A stretch of DNA of 63,779 bases, counting the filler, from Olpidium bornovanus S191 (taxonomy: Eukaryota; Fungi; Olpidiomycota), in assembly GCA_017911155.1 (NCBI GenBank). It is 32 parts of 32 records of this genome, joined end to end, with 100 filler letters (N's around TTAATTAATTAA, not from the genome) between each part and the next. Parts side by side here need not be neighbours in the genome. Positions count along the whole stretch, not along the records: positions 23,654 to 25,073 come from JAEFCI010001254.1; positions 25,174 to 27,154 come from JAEFCI010008525.1; positions 27,255 to 30,119 come from JAEFCI010006827.1; positions 30,220 to 31,434 come from JAEFCI010008007.1; positions 31,535 to 32,647 come from JAEFCI010002526.1; positions 32,748 to 35,492 come from JAEFCI010000885.1; positions 35,593 to 36,619 come from JAEFCI010006899.1; 25 more parts are not named here. The stretch is one strand, 5' to 3'. The notes under the pieces were generated by a model. It did not search any database. It had not been told where the DNA came from and was given only the letters and a program-made list of their open reading frames with translations. The position numbers and the translations under genes were made by a program. Positions 24,250 through 36,719 of this stretch are shown here, one piece after another; within the stretch, counting starts at the first letter, position 1; each line of letters opens with the position of its first letter.

Positions 24250-24990
24250 GCTTTGTTCTCACTCTTTCTCTCTCTGTCTCAAACACACACACACACACTC
24301 TCTCTCTCTCTATCTCTTTCTCTCTCTCTTTTTCTCTCTCTCTCTCTCTCGCTCTCGCTCAGCCTCTCTCTCACTCTCTCGTTCGCTCTCTGACGGGGAC
24401 GGCAATAAACGGAGGTGTGCGGGAGGGCGTTTTGAGGACGGGTGTTTCCCAAGGGGTGGGGGGGGGAAGGTGTGGGCGGCGGGAGGGAAAGGCGGCGGTG
24501 TCGGTTTTTTTTTTTTTTTTTTCCTGCGGGAAGGGCGGGGGGGGGGGGGGGGGGGGGGGGGCGGGGGGGGTTTGGGGGGGGGGGGGGGGGGGGAAAGGCG
24601 GGGGGGTGTGTTTTTTTTTTTTTTTTTTCCTGCGGGAAGTGCGGGGGTGGTGAGGGTGCGGGGGAGGCAGTGTGTGTTTGCGTGCCTGTGTGTGTGGGGA
24701 AAAGGGGAGCGGGGATTGTTTGAGCGCGAGGGTGGCGCGAGAGTGGCGCGAGAGAGAGATAGGAGAGAGAAAGGAGAGAGAGAGAGAGAGAGAGAGACGA
24801 GAGAGAGAAAGGAGAGAGAGAGAAAGGAGAGAGAGAGAGCGCGCGCGAGAAAGAGAGAGGCAGAGAGAGGGAGAGCGCGTTGCGTGCGTGATTTCCGTGT
24901 TTTGAGTTGTCTTCGCGTTGCCGTTTCGCGTTTGTGTTCGCGTGCGGCGCCTCCGCCACCCCGCCACCACCCGCGGACGTGTCGCCCGCT

Positions 24991-25064
<74 letters not shown>

Positions 25065-25073
25065 CGCCCCCGC
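24250..25073. repeat. Low-complexity block: (TC)n, (CA)n, poly-G, poly-T, (GA)n, poly-C
   Basis: Seen directly upstream of the G-alpha ATG; includes a twice-repeated GGGAAAGGCGG...(T)n-CCTGCGGGAAG-(G)n unit at about 24485-24650 and about 70 C at 24992-25062. Confidence 0.95.
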
Positions 25074-25173
25074 NNNNNNNNNNNNNNNNNNNNNNNNNNN
25101 NNNNNNNNNNNNNNNNNTTAATTAATTAANNNNNNNNNNNNNNNNNNNNNNNNNNNNNNNNNNNNNNNNNNNN

Positions 25174-27063
25174 ATAGAAGCTGACAAAGTCCGTAATGGT
25201 GTGCTTGACCGGGTCCTGCGGTTGAACCGCACGCGAATTCAAGCGATGTTAACCGAATTTATCAGGACAGAGGAAAAACCACTTCGCAACCATGCTTACC
25301 TCCACCACGTAGCTCCACACCACTCCTTTTCTGGGCGTGAGCCAGTGCTCCGCCTCCTCGTCGCTGACGAAATTGGGGCGTACGGGAAATTTCGCGAGGT
25401 ACCTGTTGAGCAAAGCGCGGACGGCAGGCACGTCCCTTTTTTCGGTCGGACGCAGCCCCGGGAGGGAGGTCGTTGTGGGGAGCTTGAACCGGCGCAAGTA
25501 GCGGGCGACGGTGATGTGCTGGGGAACGCGCGAGAAATTCACATCGAGCAGCTTTCGCGGGTTGAGCGACCGGTGGTAGTATCGGCACGTTGCGATCGGC
25601 GTCGGCAAGACCACGCCGGCGGTGTACACGGCCTGGTAGATGCCCTCCAGCTTTACGCGGCGTGTCACCTCCTTGATTAGCACGGGCGCCAGGCGTTTGG
25701 TTCGCAGCTTCTTGTGCACGCACAGGAAGTTGATCTCGACCATTTGGATACGCCTGGAGAGAGGACGACAAAAACAGGTCTCGTCGATTTAGGTTCGATA
25801 CGGACCTCCAATGCCACCGGTAATGCGTCCAAACACTCACCGCCCTTGTACCACAAGCTCAATAGGGATGGCGCCGATGAATGCAACGAGCTTCTTGTTC
25901 GACAATACGCGTACGCCGATGTGCCACGCCTGCTTCCAGCCTGGCGGTTTCAATGCCCTTTACGGAATTTGACACGCCGGTCAGGAAGGAATAAGTGCGT
26001 CCCACGCTTCGAGGGGACCCTCGCACCGTCCTACCGCGCCACCACAACGCCTTTAGGCTGAACCCACCATTCTAAAAACTCGGCAGAGTAGTCAAACCGG
26101 AACATGGAATCGTGGTCCTCAACGTAATTGAGCGTAAGAAGTTTGTAGAGCTCCTTTTTCTAGGTGAGCGCGTGGCCACGTCCGCCCACAGCGTCGTTAC
26201 ATCGGTAAAGCGTTGCCGGACTTAGTGCCCATTGCAGCAAACATGCAAACAGCAGACCCCGCCAAAACGCCCGCAAAGTTCAAGCGGGCCACAGTTTGAC
26301 GCACACCTGTTCCGCGTCGTTTACGTCCAAAAGCGACCATTCAAAATCTTTAGGGAGACTATACGGCTCCTGCTTAAGCGATTCCCGAGGTTCGTGTGGT
26401 TCAAACGGAACGTTGGACTGGGCGCCTTCCGTGTCTGCCAACGCACGCGACGACGCCGGACGGTCAAAACGCCGTCGACCGCAGGCGCTCGCACTCGTCC
26501 GTTCGACGCGCGCGCGTCGGGCAACGGGTATGCAGAAACGCGAACGGAGAGACAAGGCTGATGCGCGAGACAGCGCTCAGCGAACAGGGTCGGCACTTAC
26601 ACGGCCCGCTGGGCACGGGCTGAGTGCTCCAGAAGCGGTGCTCCTTCTGCTGAGGTTCGTGCACCGACAGTCTCTTGAGCAGCTCGCCCAGCTGCCACTG
26701 CACGTCTGCGCCGGAGGTCCGAGAGCGAGCACCCCCGAGCGAGGGCATCATGTCCAACAGCTCGCTCGCAACCCGCCTGGTGGTCGTTGCCGGGCGATCC
26801 GCAGCGCTGCCCTTCCTCCGTCCGCGGTGTTGCGCCCCGCAGTGGGCTGCCTTTAGCTCAGGGACCTCCAGGTCGGCCACGGCGCCGTCGTCAACCTGGT
26901 CCCGGCCCGAGGCTTTGCAGTCGGCGGCAAGCGGGTGCCCGTGAGCGCACTCGCGGGCAGTCAACGCGTCGGCGGCGGCGGCGGCCTTTCCGCCGGCCAC
27001 CGTGTCCTCGGCCGCGTGTTCGGCGGGTGCGGCGGCGGCGGCGGCGTCCGGGACGAGGGACAT
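25174..27063 (-). CDS. NMT1: Glycylpeptide N-tetradecanoyltransferase (N-myristoyltransferase), 5' portion
   Basis: ATG at 27063; [111 protein letters not shown] at the contig end. Confidence 0.98.
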
Positions 27064-27254
27064 TGCTCGGTGTTGGTTTTTTTTTTTTTTTTTTTTTCTT
27101 TTACCAAACACGCGAGAGGAGGTGCGATGATTTCGCGCGCGCGGGTCCGTCAAANNNNNNNNNNNNNNNNNNNNNNNNNNNNNNNNNNNNNNNNNNNNTT
27201 AATTAATTAANNNNNNNNNNNNNNNNNNNNNNNNNNNNNNNNNNNNNNNNNNNN

Positions 27255-29985
27255 CATGGCAGGGAGAACGGACAGCTGCCCGACTACCAAGGGGCCCCGG
27301 CGCTGAACGGTGCTCTCGACGTCAGCCAGCAGCAACCGCCGCACCCACTGCAGTCGCGAAACGAACCCCAGCCGCAGCTCCGAGCACAGGTGCAGCCCAG
27401 CAAGCGGAGGAAGAGGGTCGGGGTGGCTGCGCCGCCGCCGCCGCCGCCGCCCTTGCACCCGCCGTTGCCAGCACCGCTACCGCCGGCCGGGGCGGTCCAC
27501 CAGCCGCCGTTCGGTACCGTGGCGTATCGGTACCAGAATCAAGTCGCGATGACGCCGGCTGCGCGAGAGGTCAGCAATTACCCACGCGGGGGACCGTTTT
27601 CCGGTGACCGCGCGGTGTATTTTTTATCGGCCCGAATTTCGAGACCGATTCCTTTCCCGTCTGACGAAATGAGTTTATCCTGGCCCCCCCCCGCCTTCGT
27701 CATAAAGTCGGTATTGCCTCCGTGCGATGACAAAGACGGACACTACATCGTCGTGCCCAACGAGTACATCACCCTGCGATACAGGATCATCAAGCTGCTC
27801 GGACAAGGGACGTTCGGCCGCGTCGTGCAGTGTTGGGACGAGCACACGCATTCGTACGTGGCCATCAAAATTATCCGGGCGGTCCCCAAGTACAGAGAGG
27901 CCAGCCAGACCGAGATCCGTGTCCTTAATCGCTTGAGGGAGCACGACCCGACGAATGTCAAGTGAGCATTTTTTTTCTTTTACTTTTTTTTCTTTGTTTT
28001 GTTTTTTGTTTTTTTGTTTTTTATTTTTTTGTTTTTTATTTTTTTGTTCTTTGTTTTTTTTGTGTTTTGTTTTTATTTTTTGTTTTTTGTTTTTTTTTTG
28101 TTTTTTGTTTTTTGTTTTTTTTTTGTTTTTTGTTTTTTGTTTTTGTTGTTTTTTGTTTTTTGTTTTTTTTTGGCCGCGGGAATTCGACGGCGGCGCCGCC
28201 CGCGACGCAGGCGGGTTACGCTCCGGAGAAGGGAAAGCGGAAAGAGAGATGAGGGAGGATGGGCAGGACCTGTGGTTCTGACCTTTCTTTTTATTTTTTT
28301 TTGATTCCCCCGCCGGTTTTATATTCAAAAATATTATTTTTTTTTCCAGGCGTTGCATACATTTGCGCGATTGCTTCGACTTCCAAAATCACGTGTGCAT
28401 GACCTTCGACCTCCTCGGCGAGTCCGTCTTTGACTTTTTGAAATCGAACGGTTTCAAGGCCTTCCCACCGCACCACATCCAGCACATGGCTTACCAATTG
28501 ATGGTGAGCGTAGCTTGTGAGTGTGCTCGGACGTGGCCCAGGAACTCATCTTTTTTTCTTCCTTTGAAAAGACGTTATTTTTTTGCGTCGCTGCGGAAAA
28601 TTTCTTTTTCTCGGCCCCCCTGCCCTTTCCGCCCCCTCCCGCCCCTTCCCCACCACCCCCCCCCCAGGCGCTTAACTGGTGTTTCCGTGTATTTTCTTTT
28701 TTTTTGCGGATTGGCAGTTGTCCACGATTTAGGACTTATACATACCGACCTCAAACCAGAGAACATACTGCTACTAGACGGTCGACATAAGGTGCGTAAC
28801 GCGACGGACCGGGTTCTCTCTGATGAGATCTGTAGCGAACAGGATGCGTCCTCATTTTTCTTGGAAATATTCTGTCGAAAAGTGAGGTCGACGCAGCTCT
28901 GCGCAATCGATGCAGTCTTACCAGGCTCATCCCCCCCCTCCCTCACGCACGCGCGCACGCACGCACACACGCACGCACACACGCTCTCCACCTCGCGCGC
29001 GCTCAAAAGCAGGGCAAGACCAAAAAAGTTCTGTACCACACCGACATCCGACTGATCGATTTTGGCTCGGCCACGTTTCAGGACGAGTACCACCCGTCGG
29101 TGGTTTCGACCCGGCACTACCGCGCGCCAGAGATCATCCTGGGAAGCGGCTGGTCGTACCCCTGCGACCTGTGGTCCATCGGCTGCATCCTCATCGAGCT
29201 CTACACCGGCAGCGCCCTGTTCCAGACGCACGACAACCTCGAACACCTCGCGATGATGGAAGCCGTCCTCGGAAAAATCCCGGAATCGACGATCCAGACC
29301 GTCGGGTACGTGCGGGGGCCCGGCGACGAGAAGAGGTGCACGCGTCCTCTTTCCCCCTCCCCTTCGTTCCCGCCTTTCCTCCCCTCTCTCCCCATTTTAT
29401 GCGGCAACAAGTCTGCAAAAAGCCCTCGTTTCGGTCAAGTTCCTTGACTTTACGACGTTTGCCGGGCCGATCTCTTTCTCTTCATCTCCTTTTCCCGTTT
29501 TCCAGCCGGCACGGGGCAAAGTATTTCCGATACGGCCAGCTGAATTATCCCTCCGAAGAGACCAGTCGGGGCAGTCGTAAAGCCGTGCGGAGCATGCGCC
29601 TCCTGCAGGTGAGTTTTCGGGAGCCCCGCGGAGACGGAGGGGAAGGGGGGGAGGGGGGTGTGGGGGCGTTCTCGAAACGGGACGCGCTTTCGGGCGTCCG
29701 CGCGCCCCTCGTTTTATCTCACGTTATCCCCCCTCCCCTCCCCCCCTTTCACCCCCGCCTCCCCCATCCGCTTTTCGCCCTCTCTCCCCTGAATCGCAGA
29801 GCCTGGTCGTGCCGACGACGAGCTTCTGCAAACGATTCCTGGACCTCCTCCTCCGGCTGCTGAGGTTCGACCCCGCCGAGCGGATAACCGCGCGGGAGGC
29901 GCTGTGCCACGAATTCTTCCGGATCCCCGTAGACCAGCATGGAAAAGATATACCCGGCGCCGCCGCCGCCGATTTTCTTAGATGA
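27255..29985 (+). CDS. LKH1: LAMMER dual-specificity kinase (CLK/Kns1/Lkh1), 5'-truncated
   Basis: [94 protein letters not shown]; 6 exons, stop at 29983-29985. Confidence 0.97.
27963..28150. repeat. Intronic T-rich microsatellite, (TTTTTTG)n-like
   Basis: About 190 bp made almost only of T runs broken by single G/A, inside a kinase intron. Confidence 0.95.
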
Positions 29986-30045
29986 CACGCTCCGCGCGTC
30001 AGACACGCGGACATTTTCCCCCCTTCCCCCCCCCCCCCCCCCCCC

Positions 30046-30111
<66 letters not shown>

Positions 30112-30219
30112 TCCCCCCCNNNNNNNNNNNNNNNNNNNNNNNNNNNNNNNNNNNNNNNNNNNNTTAATTAATTAANNNNNNNNNNNNNNNNNNNNNNNNN
30201 NNNNNNNNNNNNNNNNNNN

Positions 30220-31434
30220 CATGCGTGTCATCTGGAAGTAGATCAGCACACGGTGGCCTCCCGCCTTGAGCTCGGCAAGAAGCGTGTCCAGCTGCGCAAG
30301 CTTCCCTGAGTCCAGGATCAACTTCCCGAGCGAGGGGACGTACGTCCGCGAATACCCCTGCTTGGAGAACGTTTCGGGGAGCCCCGCAGCTCCGCCCGTC
30401 ACCTCAAGCAGCAGCGAGGCCGGATTGCCACTCTCCGGAACGCGCTGCTCAGGTCGGAGCAGCCGCGGAAGGGCGAACAGTGCCGCGCGCGCCTCCTCGT
30501 CGTGCAGGTATGCGGCCTGGCCCACCTCGAACACGCGGCTTGCGCAGAAGATGTCCGGTGGCGGAGCTATCGCCTGGATACGACCGAGGGAAGCTCAAAA
30601 AACGTCAAAACCTCAAGAAATAAGGTAGGCGAGGAAAGCCGCTCACGCAGCAAAAACCGCCAACTTCTCCACCTTCGGCATGTACCCCCTCTTGATCTGG
30701 CGTAGCGGGTGATGCGCCCCCAGCTTTTCGACAACCGAGGCCATTTCCCGCAATGCATCGCCGACGACGGCGCACCCCAATGGGTTGAGACGCGTGCTCC
30801 GTTCTCGAATACCAAAAAGTGCAAATGTGCTATTCGGCGTGGTGGGATAAGGGTCGCCCTCTTCCTGCAAGCCAGCGCAGGTCCTATCCCACTCGTAAAT
30901 CTGTCGACGGCCTGCTCGCTGTTCGGAAGTCACCGCCTCCGCCATGCGTTTAAGTTCTTGGCCGAAGAAAGCAGTCGACGCCTGCTGCGGATTGGTGTCC
31001 GCAAAGCGGAGCCAAGAAAAGGCTCCGAAACCTATTTCGAGTCGCAATCATCGAAATGAGCCCTACTCTCCATCTCGCATGCCAGCCGACATGACGGGTC
31101 CCCGTTATCGACAAACGTACACGTAGCCGGGCTGTCAGGACTCGGGTGGCCCTTAATGTCCTCTCCAAACGCAGACCGGCAGATATACTCTGCGGTCCAA
31201 ATGTTCAGCTTTGTGCGAAGCGTCCTCAGCTTGCCGAGGTAATCCGTGTCCGACGAGGGGACGCCCAGGACCTCTCCGCTGTAGTAGAGGGATTTGGGCA
31301 TCTCGAACCTGAGCTCCCCGCGGCTCGAGTACGGCAGACGCAGGAAGTCGCCTTCCCGGGCCATGGATGACGTGTAGGGCCACCGACACATGGCAAACGG
31401 AGACACCGCGTCGGCGCGTTCGAACAGCTCCGGG
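30220..31434 (-). CDS. INO80: INO80 chromatin-remodelling ATPase, insertion region and helicase C-terminal start
   Basis: PELFERADAVSPF at the 5' end (INO80 HPDLFERAD); YVPSLGKLILDSGKLAQLDTLLAELKAGGHRVLIYFQMTRM at the 3' end. Confidence 0.93.
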
Positions 31435-32747
31435 NNNNNNNNNNNNNNNNNNNNNNNNNNNNNNNNNNNNNNNNNNNNTTAATTAATTAANNNNNNNNNN
31501 NNNNNNNNNNNNNNNNNNNNNNNNNNNNNNNNNNGGTTTCAAGAGACCGTTCGAGATGGCTGACCGGGCGGTGATCTGTGCGCAAAAAAATTTATCGCGG
31601 ACCAAAGGCGGTTTTGCCCTCAAGGCCACTTGGAAGGTGCTACGCGACAGACATGGTCACGAAAAATGTTTTTGGCAATATAGGTTGGCAAACAAAGCTT
31701 TTCGGCGTTGCAAAGTTTTGTGCCTACCATTTGACCGCTGTGTGTGACTAAATGGCCGTGCATTTCCGCTTCTCCCCCTTTTGGTTCTGGACCTCTTAGC
31801 GGCCTGTAGGTGTTTGCGGCCGACTAGGTCGACGAACCGGTATGGTCGCAGGGGGGCGGGGGGTATAGATAATAATTATTTGCTATTGTTTATCGATAGA
31901 TAAAAAATTATTATATATGATCAACTACATTATGACAGGTTATTGGTGGAGTAGAGTGTAAAATGCAAATATTACACGATATATTAGTCGATGCATCCAC
32001 CATTATATTACTCGTCGGAGGGGCGTGGGTTTGTCAAAAAGCACCCTCGCGAATCAGGTTTGAATCCCGTGCGGACCATTTTTCAGATACCCGCCCCAGG
32101 ACGTATCCACTCGTTGAGCCAAACATCTTTTGACAATGCCGACCTCACGCCTCGACCGCGCGCGCGACAAAGAAATGCCGCTGGAAGCGCCGTCGTGCAA
32201 GGTGTCTGCTGTGTTTGCAGCAACACTCCCTATCGACGGCAATTTAGCTTCCTCTTGCGAACCTTATCGCGCACGAGACGGCAACGCACACTGATGCGGC
32301 GCGATGTAAATTCGCACTTCCGTTCTGAATATTCCTGTGCCTTCAAAGAGTCACGTGATCCAGCGCCTTGACCGGCAAAGCCGCCCCACTCCCCGCCCGC
32401 GCACGCGTTATCAGCAGCAGCGCCCTCGGTCCACGACGGCCTAACTCGAATCTCTGGACTCGGAGAACCGAAAAGGAGCGGGAAGGTAGAGAAGGGCCGT
32501 TTACCGCGCCGTGTCAACCGCGCACGCATGGCCACATAACCCGCCGCAGTCGAAAATTGTCCGCAGGATTCTCCTCGCTGACGGCTGCCGGCGCCTATCC
32601 GAAGGATCTCTTCCGAGGAAACGAGATCGGACCCGAAAGTCACCCGANNNNNNNNNNNNNNNNNNNNNNNNNNNNNNNNNNNNNNNNNNNNTTAATTAAT
32701 TAANNNNNNNNNNNNNNNNNNNNNNNNNNNNNNNNNNNNNNNNNNNN

Positions 32748-34126
32748 CATGCGATGGCAAGGTGCGAACGCGGAACGACTTCGTGCCGCGGCCCTCGAAC
32801 GCCGGGTTCTTGAGCCTTACAACGGATGGCACGAACAGAAACGGATAATCGATTCGCAGAGTGGTTACTTCCCCGGGTCGAGACAGCCACACGTTCCCGG
32901 CCGCGCTGAGTCCGGTGGTCTGACAGAGCACATTATTTGGGTTTCCAAATCTGGGATCCGGATCGCTATTATCACTCGTGACCTGTGTGATGTCAAATAC
33001 TGGCAAAGACAATACGCAGTCTGCCTAGAGATGGCAAGAACGATCTTACCCGCGCGATATTGAGGTTCAGCCTGCGGGTTGCCGGAGGGATAAGCTCCGG
33101 TCCGTCACGGGTTCCGCGGAACAGACCACCAAAAAGGATGCTTCTCTTATCATCAGATGGAACGATGCTGTTCACCGGACCATCGAGCCCCTTGAAGCCG
33201 ACAGGCATCCACTTCCCTGATTTCCATTTCGCCACTCGGCCACCAAAAGCGTTGTTCGCGTTGGCAGCAACGCCGACATCAAATGCTGATGCAGCAACGG
33301 CGGAGTTCACCGACGGCTGAACAGGCGCCGCGAAGGCACCGCCGACGTAAAGCGTTTCGGTAACTTGGTCACAATACAAGCTCCTGACGGGGCCGTCCAG
33401 CCCCCCACCCATGGGCGAGAAAGAACTGGACTCGGGGTCGAAGGCCACGACGTTGCCGAGACGTATGGAAAGTCCGTCGCCGTTCACGACTGCCTCGAAC
33501 TGCCCTCCAAGATACAGCTTTACTGTTTCGCTCCCGTCTGTCGCGCTCTTCGTTTTCATAGAGCAGATGGAATTCACGGAAACTCCCGTTAACGCGCCGA
33601 GCAGGTCCATCGACGAGTTGGTCCGTCGGTAAACCGCAAGGCTGCCACTCGCGTCGTTGGCGGGGAGTGAGATCGCAAACGGCTGGAGGTCCACAGCGGA
33701 TGAAAACGACGAAAACGAGCCCGCCAAGCCCAGCTTCTGGAGAAGGTCCAGGCCAATGTCGGGAAACGGCTTCCCCGTAGACGATGGTTGTAAGATCTTG
33801 AGTGTTTGCCGCTGCGGGTGTTGCTGCTGCTGCTGCTGCTGACGGCGACGCAGGAAGTGACCTTCAGATGATGACATCGTGGCAGCAGCCGTTGGACCGG
33901 CGGCGACCGCCATGCCCAGGGTGCAAAGAAAGGACCCCCACGTCAACAGCGAACAAAGCTTCGACCGCAGGGCCGCCCACCCAAGATGTGGAAAGCGAAC
34001 GCGAGCGCCTTTTTCGCCCGCCTGGCCCGCATCCCCGCCTTCGTCGCGCTCCGGAGGCGGCGTTGGGCGGCGGTCCGCGTGCGGCGGCGGCCGTTCTCGC
34101 GGGCGGGACGCGCACCGGCGCAGCAT
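32748..34126 (-). CDS. RAX2: Rax2 cortical polarity landmark protein, N-terminal fragment
   Basis: Hydrophobic leader, then PFPDIGLDLLQKLGLAGSF, LYLGGQF, GLDGPVRSLYCD, LYVGGAF, GFKGLDGPVNSI, ILFGGLF; next exon FGNPNNVLC...VRLKNPAFEGRGTKSFRVRTLP (Rax2 GRGTK.FR..ALP). Confidence 0.85.
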
Positions 34127-36345
34127 GGGCGCGCGGGGTGCGCTGCGTTCGCGCCGCGTGTTTCGAGTTGTTGCGCTTTTTTATTTTTGGCGCTTCTTAT
34201 TCGCCAAATCAAGGCAGGGCCGCCGGGGCGGGCGGGAGGGAGGAGGACGCGCAAGGAGGAAAGAGCCCATCGGCTGCTGCTGCGCGCACCTCGCCTGCCC
34301 GCCCGCCCGCCCTCAGAGGGCGAACAGGAAGAAGTGACAGGCGCGCCTGGTTCCTGAGCAGCGTCCAGAATCTCTCACAGCGGTCCGCTGAGCTTAGCTC
34401 CGTCGAATCTCGGACGGCCCTGAACCCCCCACAACGCGCACGCAAACGGGAAAGTAGGCTGAGGTTGTCGTAATGGTTGTAATCGCTTGGTTTGTCCACG
34501 GGAGATGCGCCGATCTGCACGCCAAAGCTTTTGACGATGGTGTCCGTGACAGGATTTTCATAGGCAATATAGCCTTTAAAGGTATCGCTGTAACGAAGAA
34601 AAGCAAGTTGTTCTCCTGCGGGAGAGAGTTTGCGGGAAAGCTTAGCTTCAAAACATGTGAATACGCGTAAGAACCGAGTACTTGGAGAGTTGGCACTTTG
34701 TTGGGGCTGATCATGGCGTTGCCCCGCTCCCTCCCCCTACCCTTTCCCTTCTGCCCCATTTTCCTTCCTTCTTTCCCTCCTTTCATCTTTCCATTCCGTC
34801 GACCGGGCACCCAGCACCCCCAGCGAGGCCAGTACCCGCCGTTAATCGCGCTATTTAAAGGAATTCACCGCCTGACAAAGAAATAATAAAGAGGTACAAC
34901 GGCTACCGCAAAAAGTTAGATCACAATGCACCATTGCCAATTGCATGTACTTTGTTTCCCTGATGCTTGTAACCATGGTGTGGGTTTCTGTGGAATTTGG
35001 GTAATCGGCAAGATGGAACTTGGTAATTTTGGATTAGAGGGGTAGACGATCGGGGATCGGAAAGATCGGTGATCAGGGATCGCGAATATTAGCGATAAAG
35101 GGGATCGTGGAAATTTTTGATATAGCATGCCGGTTGGTGAATGGGGATTGGGGAGATAGGCGATAGCGGAGAATTGGACGTAAGAGGGGTTTTACGTAAA
35201 CGGGCTCTCATCGATTATGTGGTAAACCGAGGTGAGGTTTAGTGGTGCCTTGTTGGAAACCCAACGAGCAATACATCGATGGGAAACGGTGTGTCGACAG
35301 GTCGGTCGAGCGGCACATTGATGGAAGATGGAATATCGCTGGGATAAGGAAGCGTCCGCTACAACGGGGATGAAAGAATGGGGAGATGCGGGAGTGTGTG
35401 TTTGTGGGGGGGGGGGGGGGGGGGGCCATGGTCGGTTGCCATCTACCCCCCCACTTCTTTCGCACGGAATGCTTCGCCCAGGTTCCCACCTCNNNNNNNN
35501 NNNNNNNNNNNNNNNNNNNNNNNNNNNNNNNNNNNNTTAATTAATTAANNNNNNNNNNNNNNNNNNNNNNNNNNNNNNNNNNNNNNNNNNNNCATGCCTT
35601 TTCCTTTTCGTGCCTCCCGTGTTTTCGCTTGAGGGGGGCCTTAAAGTACATAACGAGCACAGCCTGCTGTATGCACTTTTTGGAGAGCAGAATACCAACA
35701 ACAAAAGAACGTCGCAGCCAGTTCTCGTGACAGGGGGAAGGAGGGATGGTGCGCTTTCAAGGTCCTCCAAGCCGCGGGTCACGCTGTCGTCGCGGATGCC
35801 TCCACAGCACAGACCTCTCGGGTAGGACGCCCCCGGAGGCTTCAGCTACGTAATCCATCGAGTTTCTCGGACCCAAATCGACGCGTATCTCAGAATTGCG
35901 CGGGACGCACCGTTTGGCAGCCGCAGAGAAGCGGCACGTCTGCATACAGAAGACGCTGCGACACGTCTCCCCACCCCTCCCAACTTTCCCGTTCCCCTGA
36001 TCCAGTACCGCCGTTATTATTCCTTCCATCGGCTTCCGCGGTCCTCGCTCTACGATGAGGCGCGGGCGGCGGTGTGGTCGCGGAGAACGCGCGGAGGCGA
36101 AAGCTTAGAGGCTTCATCCGTCGGTGCGCGCCAGCTCAAAAACGAACCAAAAATAAAAAAATCACGCGCCCCTTCTGCACGTGGTGGCCCGCCCACACCG
36201 GGCAAACGCCGGAAACGGCTCAAAATAAGAATAATAATTAGAGGAAAAAAAAAGGTCTCGCGTAGAAGCAATTACGCGGACCCGCTTGCGAAAAGCGCCC
36301 GGCAGCAAGCAGCAGCGAAACGGTCGAGCACGGACCGGCTAAGAA

Positions 36346-36380
<35 letters not shown>

Positions 36381-36719
36381 GGGGCCCCCCCCCCCCCCCC
36401 CCCCAAAAAAACGGGAAAAAAAATGGCGGCCTCCGCGCTCTCTTCCGCTGTTGCTGGGGCCATCGTGGCCGTCCGCGAGTACTGGCACGTCCCCGAAGCA
36501 TGCGGCGATGGTTGGCGCCTCACAGTCTGGGAAGATCTACAGCCTGACAAAGGAAGAGCGATCCCCGTTGCGCACCGGTTCACACATCGACGCTTCGAAA
36601 GAACCGCAGAGGCCAGCCGNNNNNNNNNNNNNNNNNNNNNNNNNNNNNNNNNNNNNNNNNNNNTTAATTAATTAANNNNNNNNNNNNNNNNNNNNNNNNN
36701 NNNNNNNNNNNNNNNNNNN

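Noticed and set aside
23654-27063. G-alpha (a myristoylated protein) next to N-myristoyltransferase as a functional cluster
   Set aside because: They are on different contigs joined by a linker, so adjacency is arbitrary.
31535-32647. Coding content in this contig, and likewise 21086-22900, 35593-36619 and 50302-51000
   Set aside because: Exon-like patches exist, but no frame gave a motif I could recognise.
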